A stretch of DNA of 12,710 nucleotides from a virus, in the IMG/VR virus record IMGVR_UViG_3300002460_002611, one strand, 5' to 3'. Shown one piece after another: positions 6,766 to 12,710 of the stretch. The position numbers and the translations under genes are program-made. The notes under the pieces are model-generated. The model was not told where the DNA came from, did no database searches, and was given only the letters and a program-made list of their open reading frames with translations. Each line of letters begins with the position of its first letter. Position 1 is the stretch's first letter.

Positions 6766-7083
6766 ATGGGTGATAAGCTACAGCCGGGTGCCCTGCTTGC
6801 GTTAGTCATGAAGCCTGGGTTCATGCCCGCTGCGACAGATGACGGGCAGCTGTATGCACAGGGGCTCATAGGTCTAGCTGCGCCGTGGTTGCAGAGGCAC
6901 GTTGAGCCTATGATCCTGCTTGGCCGTGAGCTGATCCAGTCGCGTGTATCTTATAAGCTCATGCTGCTGTCAGCTAGTCTAGGCCCATGCTGGTGTTGGA
7001 ACTTGGTATTGAGTGATGATGACATATTTTCATGTCGCCTCATCGTGGTGAGAGCCCATCCAGGTGGAGCAACTAATGGATGA
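6766..7083 (+). CDS. Paralog family member (the track start is GTG 6757; ATG 6766 is equally plausible)
   Basis: 'QPGALLAL...DGQLYAQ...EPMILLGREL...LLSASLGPCWCWN'. Confidence 0.65.
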   Translation: MGDKLQPGALLALVMKPGFMPAATDDGQLYAQGLIGLAAPWLQRHVEPMILLGRELIQSRVSYKLMLLSASLGPCWCWNLVLSDDDIFSCRLIVVRAHPGGATNG

Positions 7084-7336
7084 CATCAACCTGGATGGCT
7101 GCATCATTGAGGCGGGCGACCTTCTGGCGTTCAATGCTCCCGCGTGTGTGGAGGACGACCAGCTCCTGCATGATACTTCTTTTGGTGTGTATGTGACAGA
7201 GCTGCTTATCTACGTGGGCGCTGAGAGGTTCCCAGGAAAACCAGACTCGAGGTTCTGGTTCCTGTCCATCAGGTTCGGCCTGTGCTTCAAATGGACGAAC
7301 AGCTACCTGACGTTGGTGCAGCGAAGGGGATGGTGA
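7076..7336 (+). CDS. Paralog family member. The track start is GTG 7064; ATG 7076 is preferred, with GGTGGAG 6 nt upstream.
   Basis: 'IEAGDLLAF...DDQLLHD...ELLIYVGAER...WFLSIRFGLCFKW...YLTLVQRRGW'. Confidence 0.7.
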   Translation: MDDINLDGCIIEAGDLLAFNAPACVEDDQLLHDTSFGVYVTELLIYVGAERFPGKPDSRFWFLSIRFGLCFKWTNSYLTLVQRRGW

Positions 7337-7445
7337 TGCACTAGACATAGAAGCATGAGCATGATGTAATCTGCATGAATTTAGAGTGAAACATCTGGGC
7401 ATGTCCTATTAGGATGATGCCACCATCGGTTTTAACCCAAGGAGG

Positions 7446-10097
7446 ATGGAATTGAGCGACAATCGAACACAGAACGAACTTGTTCTCTCGCCAGGTGAAT
7501 TTGCATTGAGCCAGGACACCACATCAGGCATCCTGAAGTGCATCACAGGCCCTGGGATTTTGCAAATTACTGGGCAGGAAACGCCCGTAGCGTTTGACCC
7601 AAAGACGGGTCGCTTTGCTCGCTGTGATCTGGCTACAGCTGTCCAGCAGTTTGCGCTTGCGAAGCAGGGCCAATATATGGTCCTTTCAAATCCGGCGCAG
7701 AACGGAAAGCAACCTGTCGTCAAGGAGAAGAGCGCAGCCGCTGAGCTCAACATGGGTCAGAAGGTCAACATCCAGGGACCCATCACGTTTGCACTGTGGC
7801 CCGGCCAGAGCGCGACAGTGATTGAGGGCCACAACCTCAGGTCGAACCAATACCTTCGTATCCGTGTCTACGATGAGGATGCTGCTCGTGAGAACTGGAC
7901 GAAGGGTGTCGTGAAGGCTGCGCAGATCGCCGGTGGCGCGTCTGATGATGCTGACGCTGGAAAGGGAAAGGCGCAGACAAAGGGACACACTCAAAAGGGC
8001 CTCTTTGAGGCAGTGCCTGGTGACCTTGCTGTGGGTAAGCACTACATCGTTCGAGGCGATGAGTTCTCGTTCTACATCCCGCCGACAGGCGTCGAGGTCG
8101 TCACGGATGACAACGGGTCCTACGTTCGTGATGCCACCACCCTTGAGCGCCTTGAGTATTGCATCCTGATCGATGAGAACGGGAGCAAGCGCTACGAGCA
8201 GGGACCTAAGGTCGTCTTTCCGACGCCGACGGAGAGGTTCTTCGAGGAGCAGGAGAAGGGGCAGCGCATCTGCTCGTTCAAGCCCATTGAGCTGAATGAG
8301 ATACAGGGACTACACGTCAAGGTCATCTCTGACTACGCTGAGGCTGACGGGACCCAGCGGAAGGAGGGTGAGGAGCTCTTCATCAGGGGGTCTGAGACGC
8401 CCATCTACTTTCCGCGGCCTGAGCATGCTCCTGTGAAGTATGATGGGAAGTTCAAGCACTTCGCCACGGCTGTCCCGGCGGGTGAGGCTCGCTACGTCCT
8501 GGAGAGGAAGACGGGCGCGATCAGGACCGTCAAGGGACCCTGCATGCTACTTCCTGACCCTCGGACCGAGGTGATCGTCAGGCGTGTCCTCAGCGACAAG
8601 CAGTGCAACCTGTGGTATCCTGGCAACCTGGAGGCGCAGCGTTACAACTCAACGTTGCGTGAGCTGATGCGTGTCACGCCCACGACGAGGCCCTCCGGGA
8701 CCGTCTCTGAGGGAGAGGTGACGAGGTCGAAGAAGGTCAAGCAGAGCACGTACGGGAACGTCTCTGGGTTCGCCGACAGCAGCCTCATCAGCTCTGACAG
8801 CGCGCTCTTTGGAACCGACGAGTTCAGCAGGGGCAGCACCTACACTGAGCCTAGGACCGTCACGCTTGACACCAAGTTCGGGGGCGTGCCCACGATCGAG
8901 GTCTGGACGGGATACGCTGTCCTCATCATCGACAAGCAGGGGAACAGGCGCGTTGAGATCGGGCCCAAGACAATTCAGCTTGAGTACGATGAGCAGCTCG
9001 AGGTCCTGTCGATGAGCACGGGCAAGCCGAAGAACACGGACCAGCTTGTGCAGACGGTCTACCTGCGCGTAAAGAACAACCAGATCGGTGATGTTGTGAC
9101 GGCTGAGACGCGGGACCATGTCAACGTCTCCTTCAAGGTCTCCCTCAGGGGTGACTTTACGGATGAGCCAGGGCGCTGGTTTGAGTGTGAGAACTACGTC
9201 AAGCTGGTGTGCGACCACGTCAGGTCGGTCCTCAAGGCCGAGGTCAGGAAGCTGAAGGTGGAGGAGATATACAGCGACCCGACGTCGATCGTGAGGGACG
9301 CCATCCTGGGTGCTCGCGGTGGTGAGGACGTCTCACGACGGGGCATGCTGTTCGATGAGAACGGGTTCCACATCCTCGATGTTGAGGTCCTCGACTTCAA
9401 GGTGGGCGATGACCGCATCGCACAGATGCTTGACAACACTCAGCACAGTGTGGTTGAGTCAAACATCAGCCTTGCCCTGGCGGAGAAGAAGCTTGAGATC
9501 GACAGGCGACAGGAGGAGATCGACAGGGAGCGCGTCCAGCTCAAGACTGAGACTGAGCGCCTCAATGCGACGACGAAGGCTGACCTCGATAGGTTCAACG
9601 TGGACCTTGAGACCGAGAGGGTTGCTCGCCACCTGAAGCTGTCGTTGGACCGCATCTCGTCGCAGATCGACGAGACGACGAAGAGGGAGGAGATGCAGGC
9701 CGTTGAGCAACGCCTCCTTGATGAGAAGCAGGGGGCTGAGCTGGCGCGGCAGAAGAAGGACGCTGACGTCAGGAGCAGCATCGACCGCGTCATCCAGGAG
9801 CTGGAGCTCGCCCGGTCACGGGAGGAGACTGAGCACGTCATCCAGAGGTTCCAGGCTGCCAACGGACCCCTCGCAGAGGCGCTGCTGGCCCTGGGCAACC
9901 AGGACACGGTCGTCAAGCTCGCTGAGGCCCTGAGCGTCCAGAGCTTCATCGGGGGCAAGACGGTCGTCGATGTGGTGCAGAAGGTCTTCGCTGGATCGCC
10001 CGCAGCGGGTCTCGTTGAAAAGGCGCTGCAACGGGCGCTCCCTGCCTCCGTCGAGGCGAACGGAGCATCGGGAGGCACCAAGCGGGCTTCTGCGTAG
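7446..10097 (+). CDS. MVP: Major vault protein (MVP) homologue, full length (883 aa): N-terminal MVP repeats, SPFH-like shoulder, long cap-helix coiled coil and cap-ring region
   Basis: Length and architecture match eukaryotic MVP (~890 aa). Collinear motif matches to human MVP as I recall it: 'LEVLSMSTGKPK' vs 'FTVLSLSAGRPK'; 'VVTAETRDHV' vs 'VITIETADHA'; N-terminal 'LSPGEFALSQDTTSGILKCITGPGILQITGQE' vs '[31 protein letters not shown]'; shoulder 'FHILDVEVLDFKVGDDRIAQMLDNTQHSVVESN' vs '[33 protein letters not shown]'. This is followed by a charged heptad-like region, 'LAEKKLEIDRRQEEIDRERVQLKTETERL...', in the cap-helix position. AAGGAGG precedes the start (ATG 7446, or TTG 7452 with better spacing). 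Confidence 0.85.
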   Translation: MELSDNRTQNELVLSPGEFALSQDTTSGILKCITGPGILQITGQETPVAFDPKTGRFARCDLATAVQQFALAKQGQYMVLSNPAQNGKQPVVKEKSAAAELNMGQKVNIQGPITFALWPGQSATVIEGHNLRSNQYLRIRVYDEDAARENWTKGVVKAAQIAGGASDDADAGKGKAQTKGHTQKGLFEAVPGDLAVGKHYIVRGDEFSFYIPPTGVEVVTDDNGSYVRDATTLERLEYCILIDENGSKRYEQGPKVVFPTPTERFFEEQEKGQRICSFKPIELNEIQGLHVKVISDYAEADGTQRKEGEELFIRGSETPIYFPRPEHAPVKYDGKFKHFATAVPAGEARYVLERKTGAIRTVKGPCMLLPDPRTEVIVRRVLSDKQCNLWYPGNLEAQRYNSTLRELMRVTPTTRPSGTVSEGEVTRSKKVKQSTYGNVSGFADSSLISSDSALFGTDEFSRGSTYTEPRTVTLDTKFGGVPTIEVWTGYAVLIIDKQGNRRVEIGPKTIQLEYDEQLEVLSMSTGKPKNTDQLVQTVYLRVKNNQIGDVVTAETRDHVNVSFKVSLRGDFTDEPGRWFECENYVKLVCDHVRSVLKAEVRKLKVEEIYSDPTSIVRDAILGARGGEDVSRRGMLFDENGFHILDVEVLDFKVGDDRIAQMLDNTQHSVVESNISLALAEKKLEIDRRQEEIDRERVQLKTETERLNATTKADLDRFNVDLETERVARHLKLSLDRISSQIDETTKREEMQAVEQRLLDEKQGAELARQKKDADVRSSIDRVIQELELARSREETEHVIQRFQAANGPLAEALLALGNQDTVVKLAEALSVQSFIGGKTVVDVVQKVFAGSPAAGLVEKALQRALPASVEANGASGGTKRASA

Positions 10098-10119
10098 GAC
10101 AGGTGGATGTGCTAGGTAG

Positions 10120-10181
10120 GGCGTGAGGGTCCTCACGCCGGTGTGGGATGGGGCATCATCTTCATGGGTGGTGCCCCATCC
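10120..10181 (+). terminator. Two consecutive GC-rich hairpins immediately downstream of the MVP stop; candidate transcription terminator or RNA structure (no clean U-tract)
   Basis: Hairpin 1: 'ggcgtgagg' (10120-10128) / 'cctcacgcc' (10131-10139) are perfect reverse complements with a tiny loop. Hairpin 2: 'ggatggggca' (10146-10155) / 'tgccccatcc' (10172-10181) form a perfect 10-bp stem with a 16-nt loop, followed by 'gtgtattctgtg'. Confidence 0.3.
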
Positions 10182-10222
10182 GTGTATTCTGTGACCACAG
10201 CGTGGTATGATATCTGGTATAG

Positions 10223-10567
10223 ATGGGACTAAACGTGGGAGATGCTGTGCGGCCTGTCGTGGCCCTTGAGCTGAGGGAGCTTGAGGACGTCTACGGAAAG
10301 GCATTCAACCAGGCCATCCCAGGACGCTCAAAGAAGAACGTGACACGTGATGGTCACACGTTCCTTGACGGCTACCTGGGCATCTACCTCGGACCCAAGT
10401 ATCGTCAGATGCGTGACAGGCGGGGCGATGCGGGCTGGGTGCACAGGCTATTCCACTGCTTTCTGTTCGGGGGCGTGGAGGTGATGATAGATCCGCAGCA
10501 CATAGAGCTCGTAGCTGTCGAGCAGGCAGAGACAAGCGCAGACGATCCAACCGACGAGGAGGACTGA
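10223..10567 (+). CDS. Hypothetical protein (114 aa), acidic C-terminus; possibly a very divergent relative of the paralog family
   Basis: N-terminal 'GLNVGDAV' resembles the 'LNVGDLL' start of the truncated family member at 12513. 'DGHTFLDGYLGIYLGPKY' loosely echoes the GHL / LIFLG motifs. It ends in a TGATG overlap with the next gene. Confidence 0.5.
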   Translation: MGLNVGDAVRPVVALELRELEDVYGKAFNQAIPGRSKKNVTRDGHTFLDGYLGIYLGPKYRQMRDRRGDAGWVHRLFHCFLFGGVEVMIDPQHIELVAVEQAETSADDPTDEED

Positions 10568-11397
10568 TGACGATCGACATTGAGGCCGTTCCCTACAGGA
10601 CAACGCTTGACCAGATCGATGTGCCCGATGCGCTGAAGAGGCGCTATGCCTTCCACTCAGACCACGACAGGCGTCTCATGTTCGTCACGAGCCTGTTTGG
10701 CGGGCAGGGCATTGCACCATCGACAGTCACGCTGTTGACGGGCAACCCGGGCGCCGGAAAGAGCACCCTTGCTGTCCAGATGGCACAGGCATTGCATGCA
10801 CGAAGCGACTGCCTGGTCCTGTTCAACGGGCTGGAGGAGAGCCTGCACCAGACGCGCATTGTCGCTGACCGACTGTTCAGGAACTCCACACCCCCATTCT
10901 TCGTCGGGACAGACACGCTCGTGACGAGCCGGAACCCAAAGATGAACGGGCGCGTGCAGGCTGAGACGAAGTCGGGAAAGCGTCGCGCTGTGCTGGACCA
11001 CGTCCAGGTCCTTGCTGCTGCGCATCCGAACAGACAGCCCATCCTGATCGTGGACTCGCTGCAGTGCCTCGATGATGGACACTATCCCGATGGGTTTATC
11101 AACAGGTCCAGCACCCTGCGTGCATTGAAGCTCGTCAGGAGCTTCTGCAAGCAGACGTACGCGGCTGCCATCCTGATCGGGCAGGTTACCAAGAGCGGGG
11201 ATCCCGCTGGAGACAACAAACTAATTCACAACATCGACGTTCATATCCACCTGGGCATCGACACCAAAGAAAAGTCAGAGACCCAGGGCATGCGGATAGC
11301 GACGACCAGAAAGAACCGTTTTGGAGTTGCAGGGCAAACACATATCTGCAACATGTGGCCAACAGGTCTGGTCGAAGAGAACTCGTTGGTTACGTAG
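10567..11397 (+). CDS. RadA/Sms-like RecA-superfamily ATPase, core ATPase domain only (no N-terminal zinc finger or C-terminal Lon-like domain)
   Basis: Walker A 'LLTGNPGAGKSTLAVQMA' (nt ~10735-10790); 'LFNGLEES' EES motif of the KaiC/RadA clade; Walker B 'PILIVDSLQ'; 'IGQVTKSGDPAGDNKLIHNIDVHIHL' aligns with RadA 'GHVTKEGxIAGPxxLEHxVD'; hallmark RadA/Sms 'KNRFG' at nt 11311-11325. Confidence 0.8.
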   Translation: MTIDIEAVPYRTTLDQIDVPDALKRRYAFHSDHDRRLMFVTSLFGGQGIAPSTVTLLTGNPGAGKSTLAVQMAQALHARSDCLVLFNGLEESLHQTRIVADRLFRNSTPPFFVGTDTLVTSRNPKMNGRVQAETKSGKRRAVLDHVQVLAAAHPNRQPILIVDSLQCLDDGHYPDGFINRSSTLRALKLVRSFCKQTYAAAILIGQVTKSGDPAGDNKLIHNIDVHIHLGIDTKEKSETQGMRIATTRKNRFGVAGQTHICNMWPTGLVEENSLVT

Positions 11398-12304
11398 GGC
11401 AAATCTCTTACGCACATTTCTGCATCAAGCGGCATAGTTATGATGCATGAAAAGAAAAGGTCGTTCTGACCAAAGGAAGTATCACTTCACATACAAGACA
11501 ACATGCCTTGTAACAGGAAAGTACTACTACGGCATGCATAGCACAGACAAGATGGACGATGACTATCTGGGTTCAGGACAGATCCTTCGCTACTCAGTGA
11601 AGAAATACGGACCTGAGAATCACGTACGTGAGGTGTTACAGCTGTTCTCTGATAGAGCATCGCTCATCCAAGGTGAGAAGGAGCTTGTGACAGAGAGTGT
11701 GGCTGCAGGACCCATGTGTATGAACATGTGCGCAGGAGGTGCGACATCAAGGGGTGGTCCTCGACAGAAGAGACCCTACAAGCCTAGGGGACCCATGCCC
11801 GAGGAGACGAGGCTTAAAATATCACTATCGAATATGGGAAAGAAGCACAGCAAAGCCACGAGACGAAAGATGTCGAAGGCCAAGCTGGGAAAGACGTGGA
11901 CTTGGAACAAACCGATGTCAGATGAGCAGAAGAAGCAGATATCGGATACGTTGAAGGGCAAGAAGCTCTCTCCCTGGAACAAGGGGATAAAGATGGGTCC
12001 TCTATCTGATGAACAAAAGCAGAAACTTTCAATGTCCTTGAAGGGAAAAAACAAGGGCAAGAAGATGTCTGACGCGCAGAAAGAGCTTCTACGCCAGATC
12101 AATCTAGGAAAGAAGCACACTGCGGAAGCTAAGGCTAGGATGTCAGCTTCAAAAAAAGGGAAGAAAAAACCACCTCGCTCAGCTGAGCATTGTAAGAACA
12201 TGTCTGAGGCGCATAAGGGAAAAGTCCTATCAGAAGAACATAAGCGAAACATCAGTGAAGGTATGAAGATAGCCTGTGCTAAAAAGAAACAAGAGAGTAA
12301 GTGA
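11398..12304 (+). mobile_element. Probable homing-endonuclease gene insertion (compositionally distinct cassette) between the RadA-like gene and a paralog-family gene
   Basis: The AT-rich 49-nt leader (11398-11446) and the HEG ORF have a codon and GC profile clearly different from the flanks (many AAA/AAG/AGA/ATA codons), typical of a laterally mobile HEG. Confidence 0.6.
11447..12304 (+). CDS. GIY-YIG homing endonuclease with C-terminal array of NUMOD3 DNA-binding repeats (free-standing HEG)
   Basis: N-terminal 'KYHFTYKTTCLVTGKYYYGMHSTDKMDDDYLGSGQILRYSVKKYGPENHVREVLQLFSDRASLIQGEKELV' matches the GIY...YIG / conserved-Glu layout of T4 Seg / I-TevI-like enzymes. The C-terminal half has at least 6 reiterations of 'S/HxEQKxKIS.xxKGKK' (NUMOD3). 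GC content is markedly lower than in neighbouring genes. Confidence 0.85.
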   Translation: MKRKGRSDQRKYHFTYKTTCLVTGKYYYGMHSTDKMDDDYLGSGQILRYSVKKYGPENHVREVLQLFSDRASLIQGEKELVTESVAAGPMCMNMCAGGATSRGGPRQKRPYKPRGPMPEETRLKISLSNMGKKHSKATRRKMSKAKLGKTWTWNKPMSDEQKKQISDTLKGKKLSPWNKGIKMGPLSDEQKQKLSMSLKGKNKGKKMSDAQKELLRQINLGKKHTAEAKARMSASKKGKKKPPRSAEHCKNMSEAHKGKVLSEEHKRNISEGMKIACAKKKQESK

Positions 12305-12510
12305 CATCGCAGCTTAAATTGCGCCAGGTGCGCACGGGTGACCTCATTGAGATCGTCGAGGGTAGGCCTGAGTTGGTCCTGTCTGATTGCCTGACGAGTT
12401 CAGACAATTACATGCATGTCCTGTGGGGTGACGGCACACAGAGGACCTGGTATACAAGCGAGATCGTGTGTCGTCGCATCCTTGCCCGTGCTGAGGACAT
12501 GGAGCCTTGA
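12301..12510 (+). CDS. Hypothetical small protein (69 aa), start uncertain (GTG 12301 / TTG 12319 / GTG 12328); KOW/SH3-like N-terminal 'TGDLIEIVEG' motif
   Basis: Starts overlapping the HEG stop. 'VRTGDLIEIVEGRPELVLSD' resembles the N-terminal motif of the paralog family but lacks the C-terminal CWR motif. Confidence 0.45.
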   Translation: MTSQLKLRQVRTGDLIEIVEGRPELVLSDCLTSSDNYMHVLWGDGTQRTWYTSEIVCRRILARAEDMEP

Positions 12511-12512
12511 CG

Positions 12513-12710
12513 ATGAATGACCTCAACGTGGGCGACCTGCTGTCTCTGACGTACTTTGAGCTGCCCGTGCTCGTTGTCTGTGCATCGCCCCTGCGCGTGC
12601 TCCATGCTGATCGACGCTGTGAGGAGCTGTATCGAGGTCGCTTTGTGAAGATGCGCTGGCCTGACCGCAGGCTGGCGACAGCTGACGACTTCTGGCAGGA
12701 GGAGATGGAT
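12513..12710 (+). CDS. 3'-truncated CDS (runs off the window end); another member of the paralog family
   Basis: ATG at 12513, 2 nt after the upstream stop. Translation 'MNDLNVGDLLSLTYFELPVLVVCASPLRVLHADRRCEELYRGRFVKMRWPDRRLATADDFWQEEMD' with no stop before nt 12710. The 'VGDLLSL' N-terminal motif matches the family. Confidence 0.55.
   Translation, partial: MNDLNVGDLLSLTYFELPVLVVCASPLRVLHADRRCEELYRGRFVKMRWPDRRLATADDFWQEEMD

Noticed and set aside
7409-7753. 114-aa minus-strand ORF spanning the MVP start region
   Set aside because: It overlaps the MVP N-terminus antisense. The upstream gap is better explained as the promoter and SD region for MVP.
8649-9218. 189-aa minus-strand ORF
   Set aside because: It is antisense to the well-supported MVP CDS, with no recognisable domain. 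It is a GC-rich antisense artefact.
9440-10081. 213-aa minus-strand ORF (Ser/Arg/Ala-rich)
   Set aside because: It lies antisense inside the MVP gene, has low-complexity composition typical of spurious antisense ORFs in GC-rich coding DNA, and has no SD or motif support.
10657-11082. 141-aa and 132-aa minus-strand ORFs
   Set aside because: Both are antisense to the RadA/Sms-like gene, which has Walker A/B and KNRFG motifs.
11776-12252. 158-aa minus-strand ORF (Phe/Ser/Cys-rich)
   Set aside because: It is antisense to the NUMOD3 repeat region of the homing endonuclease, and its repetitive translation simply mirrors the sense-strand repeats.
1-12710. Searched for CRISPR arrays, rRNA and tRNA genes
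   Set aside because: I found no regularly spaced direct repeats or rRNA-like segments, and no cloverleaf candidate was obvious by eye. A tRNAscan run would be needed to exclude tRNAs formally.

Overview
The window is a dense, same-strand (+) gene block of about 25 genes. It has the hallmarks of a prokaryotic virus or mobile-element genome. Stop and start codons overlap (ATGA, TGATG), and GGAG/AGGAGG Shine-Dalgarno motifs sit 5-9 nt ahead of most starts. No rRNA, tRNA or CRISPR array is recognisable, and there is no convincing minus-strand gene. GC content is moderately high (roughly mid-50s %), and arginine is encoded mostly by AGG.

The most striking feature is a tandem array of at least 13-15 small, diversified paralogous genes (85-130 aa each). 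They share an N-terminal '[GA]-D-L-[LV]' motif, a central 'EGHL' and 'EP-L-I-F-L-G' motif, and a C-terminal 'G-x-C-W-R' motif. I do not recognise this family. Three adjacent members carry a Cys-rich knuckle insert.

Interleaved with or flanking the array are:
- a 5'-truncated HExxH metallopeptidase-like + vWA protein (DUF2201 type, usually partnered with a MoxR AAA+ ATPase);
- a CYTH (triphosphate-tunnel) domain fused to a NadR/AAA_28-like P-loop kinase;
- a small 2H phosphoesterase with two H-x-T-x motifs;
- a full-length homologue of the eukaryotic major vault protein (883 aa), the most unexpected gene here;
- a RadA/Sms-like RecA-family ATPase with the KNRFG motif;
- a low-GC GIY-YIG homing endonuclease with NUMOD3 repeats, which looks like a recent mobile insertion.

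The pairing of a vault-shell protein with a vWA protein and a large hypervariable small-protein array is, as far as I can tell, not a described system.
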